A DNA stretch of 64,000 nucleotides, from NCBI RefSeq assembly GCF_964355755.1, contig NC_092672.1, positions 434,001 through 498,000 on the forward strand, given 5' to 3'. Under the pieces are notes generated by a model. It saw nothing but the letters and a program-made list of their open reading frames with translations. It made no database searches and was not told the DNA's origin. Source of the DNA: Antedon mediterranea (taxonomy: Eukaryota > Animalia > Echinodermata). Shown here one piece after another: positions 37,209 to 48,895 of this stretch (its first letter is position 1; each line of letters starts with the position of its first letter). A program made the translations under genes and the position numbers.

Positions 37209-38802
37209 GGTCAACTAACCGAAAACACATTTAAATGCAGATATAACGCAAAGGATTTGTGAAAAGATATTACACCTGATGAGTTAAATAATGTGTTGGC
37301 TAAAATGATGAGTGACCAACAAAATAGATATCAGTAGACTTGTTACAGTACGGTACGGTACTTGCAGTATGTGCATGTGTTGCGACGCAATGCGAAACTG
37401 CTTTACAATTGGAAAACGCTAAACGCGTCTCCTGTGATGGACAAAATTTAAAGTTATTATAAATTCATAACGAAAATGATTTGTTTTGTGTATTTCCTTT
37501 TATTTTGCCTATTATTTATAATAATTAATATATATTTATTAATGTGTACGTGTTTCCTTAATTTGTCATTTCCAGAAACTTCTACGCAAATCAGTAGTTC
37601 AGTTTTGTGATTGGTTAATTGTTCTTGAATGATAAACCATTTAAAATAGTGACGTCATGTTTTTCAGCCTAATAATGTGCCTCGATGATTCCATCAATAC
37701 CGTAAAAAATAAACCATTTACTGCGGAACCTTTTTTATAAAATGATGCTAGATTAAGGGATTTTTTCATCATCTACGGTAAATTAAAACATTCAGAGAAC
37801 TATAGGTAACAATCAATAAGAGGATATTTACAAAGAACCGTTAAAATGTAGGCCTATGTCGTTATAAGATTTAGCCTGCAAAGCGAAGAACAAGGCCTGT
37901 AAAAAATTAAAAATGCTTATGAACAGCGGAAGATTCATAAAAATGAAAAAAAAATATCGGTAGATAAACGTGTAGAAAAAAAGTTACAATATTTATAAAA
38001 ACCGAAGTAGTTCTAAGAATATCTAATGGCAATAACCTGCACGTAAACAAATTTCAATTTTTGGCTCCGGTTGAAGGTCTTGTTTTCTGTTAAAATGTGC
38101 TAAGTGTCAAGAAATACAATTGGTAACCAAAACGTCTTTCTGTATTCGATAATTATGATTTCTCTGAGTTTTGTTTTTTTTTGCAATTATGATAAAAGTA
38201 ATATAAAATAATACACAGATATCGGTCATTTCTCACGATTGAATTCATAATTTTATTTACAATACCACTTACAGTAAAAATATCGTAGATCTACATGGTC
38301 TTTATTGTAATAATATTAATCACACATTTTTAGATAAATCATTGATACATGTACGAAAATATGTGCTATTATTAGTGTTATTATAACGGTTTTTTGTTTG
38401 TTTTTGTTTTGTTTAATCTACCAGTCCGTTTCAAACGTTACAAGTACCTATTACTCTTGAAATTACGATTAAAACGCTTTAAAGAAACACTTACACACTT
38501 ATTAAAAACATAAAAAATTGTATTTAACAATTAGAAATACATTACAAGTTACTTTTAAGAAATTATTCGTAAAGTTAATCATTATCCACACAATGACAAA
38601 CAATCACATGATTATTAACGATCAATGGAATTAGATCAAAGTGAATTAACTTCAATACAATAATAGAACCATTTGTAGGAATATCATCACAAAAATAATT
38701 CAACTGGTACTACTATACTAAATGAGAACAGATCATGAACAGTTGATATTCTTGAGATCTGCAATCACTATTAAAGACTGTAATGTTTGCGTAACATTTA
38801 TC

Positions 38803-40580
38803 TCATCTTTTAATATCTCTAAACGTGAGATTTATTCTTGGTAGCTTGATGGATTGATTTTTAGGCAGTGAATGGTGGCAGTACTCATTAGTGGGATAAT
38901 TCATCATTAATAATGTACCGTGTTTAAGATCAACAGTTACTGGCTCAATAATTTTTTTGGGACTCTTACCTCGCGCATCACCATGTCGAAATCTAAACAT
39001 ACGTGTTTGCCCCAATGATACAGAGGCGATTGGACTAAAGTGATTCATGTCTTTCTCATCATCTTTGTGTTCGCCAATGTAATCACTTCCAGTAGCACAT
39101 CTATAGAGTAACGACAAAATACAATAGAAAATAAAATATTTTAAGATGAGACTAAAAAAACCCCAATTATCCATTAAAACAATCTTATCTAGCAAATTGC
39201 AGAAATCATCCAGTATGAATACTGATAGTGTTCATTCGTTTTAGAGGTAAACGATGGACCCTTTTAATCAATAAATAAAATAAATAAATAAAATAATAAA
39301 CAAGAATATTTACCGGTTGACCAAAACAAAATTGAAGTAATGTCCTGTAACCGATTTTAAAAGTACGCGGAGATCTTTCAGGAATGGTGGGCACGGTAAA
39401 GCTGGTACTGTATTGCCTGAATATTTGTAAGTTAAGCCAGAATCGCCAAACGAAAAACCTGCAGAGGGGAAACCATACAAAGAAAGTCATTTATTATTTG
39501 GCGAGATGTAAATGAACACGCCAAAAATAAAATAATTTACAGTAAAAGAGTAAATTAAACCTATAGCTACACAACGGTAAATTATGGAAAAAAACAAAGG
39601 AAACGATATACAAGTAATTAACAAGTCATTAATACAAAACCACGGATAAAAACATAATGGAACTAACCTGTTTCCTAGGAATATTAAACCACTTTCACCT
39701 TTGCAAGATCTCCGGTAAAATAGTCAATCTCTTCCTCACATTTTTTAAACAATGTATCGGCTGCTCCTTTATCAAGAAGTTGAAGGTAATCACAGTCTAA
39801 ATTTTCCCCTATTATCTTTTGCACCGATAACTTATCAGGGGGTAGCAATTGATGTTCTGAATTGAATAAACGTCCTCCATTATCGTTTTTGTCAACACCC
39901 CCTTCAACAGTAGCCGCATTATCATTACCAACCTCCTCAATCATCTTTTGTATTTCACCGTGTTTTTCAATTATCTTGAACCACTGACTCTTTGGAAGGT
40001 TTACACCTTTTTTACCGGGTTTAAACTTGCCTCCTTCTTCAGACTGGTAATAGCGGCGAATACACACAAATTGTTCTTCTTTCCAGTTACTAACTACCAC
40101 ATGAATTATGTCCGAAAGTGGGATTCTTACTGCCTCCACCATGTTAATGTCTCTTTGTAAGTCTTCCAGTGACTGGAGAATTAAATTGATATTGTTAAAA
40201 AGTTTTTGCCACAGCAGAACGGGTAAATTAATATACCTAGAGGTCCAGGTTTGAAGGCACCATATTCTTCCGTTTGGTAATACTCTCTGAGACAAACATA
40301 AACATCGTCACCCCATCGTTGGGCCACTACATGGCGTTTTTCAGACAAGAAAATCCGATTCTTTGAAGTTATGGAAATCTTTGATACATCATCGGTCATT
40401 ACGGCAAAATACTGGGCGCTCATTCCTGAGGCTTTACTCAAACCGTTACACTCATCTGTTTGACCGTTAAAAGATTTTCTAGGATCCAATATATTCGCTG
40501 ATGTAGAAGCCATCGTTGGTATTTTTAAACTGCTACACTCGTCAGCTTGACCATTAGAACTCCCCATAACTCTTTTCATA
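38803..40580 (-). pseudogene. Spliced, frameshifted PC4-PC4-AlkBH2-like fusion gene (exons about 40580-39668, 39458-39314, 39100-38803)
   Basis: Two PC4-like domains (VCLREYY..KPGPLG-INL..WQKL; VCIRRYY..KPGKKGVNL..QW), then GENLDCDY..EEIDYFTGDLAKV, WFNIPRKQ|FGDSGLTYKYSG..FNFVLVNR|GSDYIGEHKDDE..HSLP..RINLTFR; GT-AG introns; about 3 frameshifts. Confidence 0.82.
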
Positions 40581-40923
40581 GTCCTACGGGCTTTCTCACC
40601 AATTGCTAATTTCGGAGTAGGTAAACAGTTGAAACTCTTGTTTATAGACTGTAGAGAGTTACTGAGAGTGAAACGAATGATCGTTGACAACTCTGAACGA
40701 TTACGTTTGAATCAGGTCCGATATATACAGTTATTAATTGATTTTTCCTGTCAATTGTTTCCCTGCAACATGTGCTAATTAAAGCATTATTAACTTTTTT
40801 TGTTTGTTTCCCTTCAATCGTTTTCCATGACACGTGCGAAACACAATTTAAATGTCCTCGCACAACAGCTTAAAAATAGTCTCTGAATTAATCAGGGTAT
40901 TTACAAGAAAATAAACGAAATGT

Positions 40924-41375
40924 CTATACCGAATTTAGTTCGTTGTAAACGGTATCGGCTGAAACATACTTCGTATCCAGAACCTCCCGATAAAAATAGT
41001 CAATCTGTTCTTCTAGAGACTTCATACAACAGAAATCATGATCTTTTTGACTGCTCCTGTCAAATTCACAACCATAACAAGCCGCTTTACTTAACAACCA
41101 ACACTTGGCTAACACTTGAGCAGCAAACAATTGTTTAATCAAACGCTCCATTTTCAACAAAAATTCTCTCTCCACCTCGTCTACGTACGTAAAATACAAC
41201 TTGTAGGCCTGTTACTCCTCTCGACTCCTTCATCTATACCGGCGGGGATAATCTCTTCGGCCTCCATGTAACGATCATCTATATCACTGCCTATAACAAC
41301 AGTCTCCTCATCATCGCTAATTATTATAACAGTATCTACACAACTCCCTTGCAAAAAATATATACTTCCAGACAT
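40924..41375 (-). CDS. Small Cys/His-motif protein (CYGC..SQKDHDFCC), probably a frameshifted join of ORFs 41181-41375 and 40924-41199
   Basis: CxGC-x5-SQ-x2-H-x2-C motif; same strand and directly upstream of the PC4 gene. Confidence 0.45.
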
Positions 41376-42663
41376 AATGAAATACTGTAAAGAGATACTC
41401 TAGGCAAAAATAGACAAAACAACTGGAAAATAGTACAACAATAACCGAGTCACTTTCTTACACCGTCTTAAATCATAAATAAAGTAATGACGTCACTCAC
41501 CACGTACCAGAACCTCGCGCCAAAAATTAATAATTAAGAGACAAAGAAACACCTGGCGGAAATAATAATTAAAATTGACCATCAAAAATAATAACAAAGG
41601 TCAAAACGGAAACCCAAAATAATTAGATTAATTAATCTCCTACAAAGAAAAAATAATAATTAGTTTAAAAATAAGGAAATACCGAATTATGGACCATTGC
41701 AAAACACCATCAAAATATAAATATAGGCCTATATAAATAAATATATTAATAAATAACGCCCCTAAACATTAATTAAGAATAATTTAATTAATACAAACCC
41801 AGGAAAAGAATGACCTTCATTAATTAAGAATAATTTAATTATTACAATAACAGGAAAATTAAGTAAATTAATTAATTAAGTAATTCTGAAATTGTCATTT
41901 CCGCTCTAGGGTACAACTACTACTACTGATAATGCATTGTTGTACTTGAAGCCATTTTATTTAAGCAAAAAGATGAGAGAGATTCCTAAGGTTATATTCT
42001 GAATATAAAACAATTGGTATTGTTTACATAAGAATACGTACTGGTGAAATAATTCTAAATTTGTATTAAAAAAATGCCATACCAAATATGTGGAAAGAAA
42101 TTATTAGAAGAGATAACAATTCAAATAAGCAAAGTAAAAGATCTGTCTGATAATATTTTATTAACAAATGCCTAAATGAAACTGAGCTAAATAATATAAT
42201 TTATTGGAATAAAGTTAGCATTACTGTTGATATTGAATGGAGTAGGCTACATTTTTTTTTCATTTTCCATCGTCCTAACCACAATTGCAATTGTTTTCTC
42301 TTTATTTAGTTGTAATGTAACCTGAGATCTTGCCAAAATATATTATTTTAAGCTTTTAATACTCATAATAAAACAGTTATACAATCGATGATACATAACA
42401 ACAGAGTGGCCATTTGCGTCATATTTATTTCTACCATGAACACGGTTTGATGAAACAACAATAATACGTAATCCTTGGGAAAAATGAATGTTTGTCGCCA
42501 AGGGGATCGAAGAAGGGGAGAAAACGGACATTGGGGTGAAAACGGACATTGGGGTAAATGAATTTTTCTGATTTTAAAGTCTCACTGCAGTGCTGCCCTA
42601 AAAATGTTATTTCTGAAAGCAGAGATGACAAAAAGAATGAAGCTGATTGATGTGATTTGGTTT

Positions 42664-42702
42664 AACCATGGAGGTATAAATCTTTTTTATACCTCCATGG
42701 TT
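42664..42702. repeat. Perfect 17-bp inverted repeat (mini foldback)
   Basis: AACCATGGAGGTATAAA-tcttt-TTTATACCTCCATGGTT. Confidence 0.8.
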
Positions 42703-43030
42703 TGACGCATTTAATCTATGTCCATGCTTAGCCCCCTCTAGTATCTTAATTTATGCCTATTATTATTCTCATGAATTATTCATGATTTCCGCCTTAGCCT
42801 ATAGGAGCGAGAAGGTTGCAGTCTAGAGCCTATCAAACGGTTTGTTTGATAGGCCTATTTAAATAATGCTAATCAGAAATTCAGCAGTAAAGTCAATACA
42901 GTCTAAAGTCTACAATACAAATACTCTAAAATATAAAAAAACAAATTGCGCAGCTGCAAATTCTCACCAAGGAAACGTATGTTTTCTAAATCATCACAGA
43001 GTTTCATTTAATCGTAGTGACGTAATAACC

Positions 43031-44176
43031 ATGAATTCCATATGTAAGATATTTTACATTCTTGGTCTTTTTTATTGCTGTTTGTCAGAAAACCAGTCTG
43101 AGATACCAACAGGAACGTTACAGACGCTTATCGGAGCTGAGAATGTTCCATTAGACTGTCTGGTTGATCATATAGGTGATTATTACGTGGCTTGGTATCA
43201 TCACACTCAATACGCTGAAACTGAACTCAGTCACAACCAAACAACATTTTTTGAATCCTTATTTAAAATTGAGTATGACGGGGAAAGACGGAATTATCGT
43301 CTTGTTATAAAAAAGGTTACGAGAGATTTTGAAGGTTTGTACACTTGCAAATTATCTGAAACACCAGTTGTTTCCAATAGGCATATAGTGGAAATAAATG
43401 TCAAATTATACGAGTTACCTACTGAGCCCAAGATATTGTGTTCCATTGGTAAAACTGATCTTGTAGAAGGCGAAATAGTTACTCTAAATTACACCACCTT
43501 AATTGGTGACGTTCCTGCTGAAGTTTCGATCTTGATGATGGATACCGAAGGAGAATATCATGATGTGGAAGTTAAAAATGATGAATTTACTTTGGAAATT
43601 GCTGTTACTCGTAACATGAAAGCATTTTATTTTGGAGCATCACATAAACTCCTTCAACATGTCCTGAATTGTTCGACACCTCCACTTATCGTTAGCTATC
43701 GACCACGGTTTCAAAGTATGCCCAGTAAATATCATATAGGGGATAATCTCAACATATCGATAAATGTGTCTTCATACCCCGCAGCAACTATTTCCTTGGA
43801 TTGTTGGCGGAACAATCAATCGATAGCGTGCATTCAAGCTGAAGTATTCCCAAGTGAACTTTATGGTATTTATTACTTATCTATAAAAGACAGTGAATTG
43901 ACAGACTTTGTTAATGGTACCTTGATTAAGTTAACCGCAACTAATACTATTGGTGAAGATAGCCACATTATTACTTTATATTCTTCCATTTTTACTTCTA
44001 TAAATGAGAATGGTAGACCTGAAGAAAATAATGGGCCAGCATTTATTTTTATTATTATTATTGTTATACTTATTCTAGTGGTTTTGATCTATATAGTCTT
44101 TATAAAAATTATATCTTCTATAAAACATTTATCAAGCTACCATACACTAGTAAGGACGATGGGGACGTATGTTTGA
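43031..44176 (+). CDS. Single-exon IgSF membrane protein F (divergent B-clade)
   Basis: Signal peptide from ATG 43031; LDC..VAWY..NYRLVIK..EGLYTC; ELPTEPK; TM AFIFIIIIVILILVVLIYIVFI; tail contains SSYHTL. Confidence 0.87.
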   Translation: MNSICKIFYILGLFYCCLSENQSEIPTGTLQTLIGAENVPLDCLVDHIGDYYVAWYHHTQYAETELSHNQTTFFESLFKIEYDGERRNYRLVIKKVTRDFEGLYTCKLSETPVVSNRHIVEINVKLYELPTEPKILCSIGKTDLVEGEIVTLNYTTLIGDVPAEVSILMMDTEGEYHDVEVKNDEFTLEIAVTRNMKAFYFGASHKLLQHVLNCSTPPLIVSYRPRFQSMPSKYHIGDNLNISINVSSYPAATISLDCWRNNQSIACIQAEVFPSELYGIYYLSIKDSELTDFVNGTLIKLTATNTIGEDSHIITLYSSIFTSINENGRPEENNGPAFIFIIIIVILILVVLIYIVFIKIISSIKHLSSYHTLVRTMGTYV

Positions 44177-44929
44177 ATGTAATGATGGTGTATGACGAAA
44201 TAGACAGAAAAATCCAATTTTTTTAATCAGGTGGCCATATAATGACGTCACAGCATTTAGTGAGCATTGTAGTACAATAATTCATGTCATTATTATTGCC
44301 TTCATAAGTAATAGTGAAAAAATGGGGGGTAACGTTTCAATCTGAGGAGCTATAAGAGGTTATTTTTGTTTTCATTTATTTATTCAAAATCCAACATAGT
44401 CTCAAAAAATCAATACAGGATCGTCATACAAAATAAATTTGATTTACAGGAAATTATATTCTACACAAATTAGCATCAAATGCCTTTAGAAGTTTGACTT
44501 GCAATTGAAAACAAAATGTTGCGTTATTCCGTGTTTTTTGTAAGATTACTTATAAAAGGTGTGTACACTTTTGTGGGGCGGGGATTGTTTTTATTGCATA
44601 CATAGTGAAATATTCTTGATTTGAATACTTATAGAATAATAAAATGTTAAGTTAACATAACGTTTATGTTACTTTATTTATTTTTTCCCAAATTAGCTCG
44701 AAAGTCGACGTGATTGGGCGTGTTCGTTTCAGTTTAGTTTTCCGTTCCAAGTTATAAACGTACAAACGACTCTGCATCGGCAGCTATCGCATATCCAGGG
44801 TAGCGATAAAAACAAACTTTTAATTGCGTTTGCGCCGATCATCTAATCACAAATTATTGATATGCTTTAGCAACTTTAGATATCATTACATACTCTCATC
44901 GAGTGCGAGAACATCTCAACTAGTTAGCA

Positions 44930-47566
44930 ATGTTGCTCCGTATAAATGCCTGTCTTTCCTACCTCTCATTCGTATTTGTTTTAGTCCTCTTCGAATCCGA
45001 AGCGATCAAGAACGTAACTATAACACCTTCATTGACTATTTCACCGGTGTTTAGTAAAATAGAGCTAAGTTGTATAGTACAAGAAGACATAGATGTGCAT
45101 GCGGTGATTTGGTATAAATTCAAGAACAAAATTATTGAAAATAAAAATATACTTGAGTCTACTTATTCTGTTAATTGTAACTTTACGAGTAAAAGTTTCA
45201 AACTATTGATTGATAAAGCTGCAGGATTCAATTCAGGTATGTACAAATGTGAAGTATGTTTCGATTTGGAAAGAAAAACGTGTGCATTTAGCAATGTTGC
45301 AAATGTAACTGTTTACTCGATTCCTGCAAGTCCATGCATTGATGTTGAACGTGACGTCAAAGAAGGGGAAGTCATACCTTTCGGGTGTTTTATGAGTGGC
45401 GGTAAACGCTTCCCAAGTTTCTTGGAGGTATCGATTATTTACAAAAATGGCACATCTCGACAAAATCTGGCGACCTCCTCAGCAGACAAAAGCATATCAC
45501 ACAATATATCAATATCTTACGATCTAAACAACGCTGTATTGTGCTGCACTGCCAGATTTCCAATAATACATACGACACTAAAGTCTTCAAGTGGGCCACT
45601 TAATGTCAGCTACTCTCCAAAAGTTCTTTCAATAACCTACTCAATTGCAGACTGCATCAATGATCCAAGTAACGCATCAATAACAATGAATATTACATCG
45701 AATCCAGAAGCCACTGTGAGTTGGTCAAGGTTTAGCAAAAACTTTATCGTCTGTAACTCATATGACAGTTCAGAAAACGCTATGCTTTATGTGTGTAATA
45801 TCTATAATATTACAAACGGGACAGAAGTTATTGTTTCAGCTGAAAATTCTTCTGGCAACCTTAGTAAAGCGTTAACGTTAGTTTGGTCTCACAAAACATT
45901 TACAGAATATAGTACAGCCACATCCACAACTTTCAAGAATTATAACGTTGATTATGTAACTGCTAATGATGGTTTACCTAATTATGACAATGAGCATATC
46001 TTTACGATGACGATAAGTGTAGCATCTCTTGCATTAGTTGTGGTCGTTATCATTATTGTTATAGTAAAAATCAAATGGATTGCCCACATAAAAAGTCGTC
46101 AACAAAGTGTTCGCCTTGGTGCATCAGCCTACACTACAACCGAACATTACTACGAAACAGAACAGTACCAAGAAATCCCATTTGACACAATCCATCAGAG
46201 TGTTCATACCCCTTACTCAAGAACAGAGCCACACTCAACAAGAGAAAACATATATGAAATGGAACAGCAACAAGAAAGCCCATTGGACAGAAGTGGTCGA
46301 GGCCGTGTTCATACATCTTACTCAAGAGAAGAGCCACACTCAACAAGAGAAAACATATATGAAATGGAACAGCAACAAGAAAGCCCATTGGACAGAAGTG
46401 GTCGAGGCCGTGTTCATACACCTTACTCAAGAACAGAGCCAAACTCAACAAGAGAAAACATATATGAAATGGAACAGCACCAAGAAAGCCCATTGGACAG
46501 AAGCGGTCGAGGCCATGTTCATACATCTTACTCAAGAGAAGAGCCACACTCAACAAGAGAAAACATATATGAAATGGAACAGCACCAAGAAAGCCCATTG
46601 GACAGAAGCGGTCGAGGCCGTGTTCATACCCCTTACTCAAGAACAGAGCCACACTCAACAAGAGAAAACATATATGAAATGGAACAGCACCAAGAAAGCC
46701 CATTGGACAGAAGCGGTCGAGGCCATGTTCATACATCTTACTCAAGAGAAGAGCCACACTCAGCAAGAGAAAACATATATGAAATGGAACAGCACCAAGA
46801 AAGCCCATTGGACAGAAGCGGTCGAGGCCATGTTCATACATCTTACTCAAGAGAAGAGCCACACTCAACAAGAGAAAACATACATGAAATGGAACAGCAC
46901 CAAGAAAGCCCATTGGACAGAAGCGGTCGAGGCCATGTTCATACATCTTACTCAAGAGAAGAGCCACACTCAACAAGAGAAAACATATATGAAATGGAAC
47001 AGCACCAAGAAAGCCCATTGGACAGAAGCGGTCGAGGCCATGTTCATACCCCTTACTCAAGAGAAGAGACACACTCAACAAGAGAAAACATATATGAAAT
47101 GGAACAGCACCAAGAAAGCCCATTAGACAGAAACCATCGAAGCGTTGATATCCCTTCCTTAAGAAAAGACGCTAACTCAACAAGGGAAAATATCTACGAA
47201 AATCATCTGAATAACCGATCACGACCCCCACTTGATGGTAGCCGTGTGAATGTTTCTGCTTCAAGGGAAAATTCAGATTTAGCTAAAATTCAATCGTATC
47301 GACCAGCACACCTGACCACCATTAACGATTATGCTACTGATAGAGAAGGTAAACCACTAGATACAAACATAGATCCAGCAGCAGCAGATGACATGATTGA
47401 CAATGAAAACGATTTGATTGAACGAAAAACATATAATGCTGAAAACCTGACATATCTTGAAATAGATCATTCAAGAATAAACAATACAAGACTCCAAGTA
47501 ATAAGAACAACTGAAAATGTAGATTACGCAGATGTTGTGTTTGATAATTTAAAAAAATCTCCTTAA
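44930..47566 (+). CDS. Single-exon IgSF receptor E3: E-type ectodomain, TM, 35-aa Tyr repeat array, C-terminal ITIM-like pair, no PHD
   Basis: Ectodomain nearly identical to E2; TM ISVASLALVVVVIIIVIV; (HSTRENIYEMEQHQESPLDRSGRGHVHTSYSREEP)n; LTYLEI and VDYADV. Confidence 0.9.
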   Translation: MLLRINACLSYLSFVFVLVLFESEAIKNVTITPSLTISPVFSKIELSCIVQEDIDVHAVIWYKFKNKIIENKNILESTYSVNCNFTSKSFKLLIDKAAGFNSGMYKCEVCFDLERKTCAFSNVANVTVYSIPASPCIDVERDVKEGEVIPFGCFMSGGKRFPSFLEVSIIYKNGTSRQNLATSSADKSISHNISISYDLNNAVLCCTARFPIIHTTLKSSSGPLNVSYSPKVLSITYSIADCINDPSNASITMNITSNPEATVSWSRFSKNFIVCNSYDSSENAMLYVCNIYNITNGTEVIVSAENSSGNLSKALTLVWSHKTFTEYSTATSTTFKNYNVDYVTANDGLPNYDNEHIFTMTISVASLALVVVVIIIVIVKIKWIAHIKSRQQSVRLGASAYTTTEHYYETEQYQEIPFDTIHQSVHTPYSRTEPHSTRENIYEMEQQQESPLDRSGRGRVHTSYSREEPHSTRENIYEMEQQQESPLDRSGRGRVHTPYSRTEPNSTRENIYEMEQHQESPLDRSGRGHVHTSYSREEPHSTRENIYEMEQHQESPLDRSGRGRVHTPYSRTEPHSTRENIYEMEQHQESPLDRSGRGHVHTSYSREEPHSARENIYEMEQHQESPLDRSGRGHVHTSYSREEPHSTRENIHEMEQHQESPLDRSGRGHVHTSYSREEPHSTRENIYEMEQHQESPLDRSGRGHVHTPYSREETHSTRENIYEMEQHQESPLDRNHRSVDIPSLRKDANSTRENIYENHLNNRSRPPLDGSRVNVSASRENSDLAKIQSYRPAHLTTINDYATDREGKPLDTNIDPAAADDMIDNENDLIERKTYNAENLTYLEIDHSRINNTRLQVIRTTENVDYADVVFDNLKKSP
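46201..47200 (+). repeat. 105-bp coding minisatellite, about 9.5 copies
   Basis: agagaaaacata recurs at 46241, 46346, 46451, 46556, 46661, 46766, 46871, 46976 and 47081; degenerate copy near 47183. Confidence 0.95.
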
Positions 47567-48479
47567 CAAAATTTATAGATATTTACAGATTGTTATAATC
47601 CTTTATGTATTAGCAAAAATCAGTTTACCTCATGTGTTTACCCTATCATTGTAATGTTTGAAGAAGAGTATTATTTGTCTTTATGTTATTATTCCACCAT
47701 TCGAAGTTTCGATTTTTGTCTGGAAAAATTATATTATATGTATGAAACGCCATGTATGCCAAAATGTACTAATATTAAGTTAAAATTCAGTCCAGAACCT
47801 TGACTAGATGGGAGTATTGACTCACCATGGCAAGGTCTGCTTTTAATATATTTGTGTATTTGTTTAGAAAACAAACTGTACATACCAGCCGTAGTCTTAA
47901 AACATGGAATTGCTCTCCATTTGAAATAGGCACCTTAAATTCTAAAGGAATTTGTTTAACAATTGAAACTCAGTATTCTTTGTATGTGCAGCAATGGGTA
48001 GCCTGGGAGGCTTTTTGAAAATGACACTGAATAAAGCCTATAATTTATACGTACCTTGTTACCCATTGTGCTTGCCCTAGTTTTTAAACCTGTTTACGAA
48101 CATTTGTTTCCTATTATGGGTTTTGGAATTTCCAATAAAATCATTAAATTCTACCTCAGATTAATAAACAACAAAAATGAACAAACAAACTTGCGCTGAA
48201 CCCCTCCATGTGTCAGGTAATGCAAATTAATTTTGGTTGTAAAATACTTTCATCAGTTTTTCCATGTGTAGGCCTAATATCTCCTTTAAAAAATAATTAT
48301 TTAACTTTTTAATGTTGTGAATTTTGATGTTTGAAAGCTTGTACCGGTACCAATTTTATATGTAAATCTCTCGCAATTCAGTTTTATTTTATATATACGG
48401 CAAAGAGAAATATTGAATAAAAGCAGAATGAATCAATGAAACACAAATTTGCACTATTTTTTTCTCCGATTGTTATTAG

Positions 48480-48895
48480 CCATGTTAAATACGTGATGAC
48501 CTTAATTAACCAAATGATAAAAATGGCAAAGAACAAAATGTTTAAGCTAAGAAAATTAAAAGACTTTGGTTTCAACAACAAATAATTATTAAATGTTTTT
48601 TAAACCTTTTTTGCTATATTCGCCCTAATTTATGCCCCTGTATGCTCCGGCAGGCTTTCTGCTGTAAAACATGATTTTTCGCTTGAAAGAGTTAAAAAAC
48701 GTATTTGTAGGTTTATTCTTACCAAAAACTATCAACAGGCCCTTGAAGAATTACATATAGAGATCTTTTCTCAACAAGGACCAACCTGTGCATAAGATTA
48801 TCTTTTTATTGTTCCATATTTTGTACAGAATACGTCAATTTAGCACTTGTGCTGCCTTTGTATTTTTATATTTCATTGTTTTATTGAATAAAGAT
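48480..48895 (+). mobile_element. Degraded LINE ORF2 3' remnant
   Basis: Residual LRKLKDFG, RP, LERVKKRICRFIL, YQQALEEL with stops; AATAAA near 48887. Confidence 0.5.

Noticed and set aside
36483-37214. ORFs with GQLPP and YIYI repeats
   Set aside because: Translations of DNA repeats and a (TA)n microsatellite
46107-47126. Long alternative-frame and antisense ORFs (46107-47126 +, 46134-47123 -)
   Set aside because: By-products of a stop-free 105-bp repeat inside E3
46201-47200. CRISPR-like array
   Set aside because: Contiguous coding tandem repeat with no unique spacers, no cas genes, eukaryotic context
3693-47566. V(D)J-like rearranging segments
   Set aside because: Each gene is a complete ORF with its own signal peptide and TM; no heptamer-spacer-nonamer signals noticed by eye (not exhaustively scanned)
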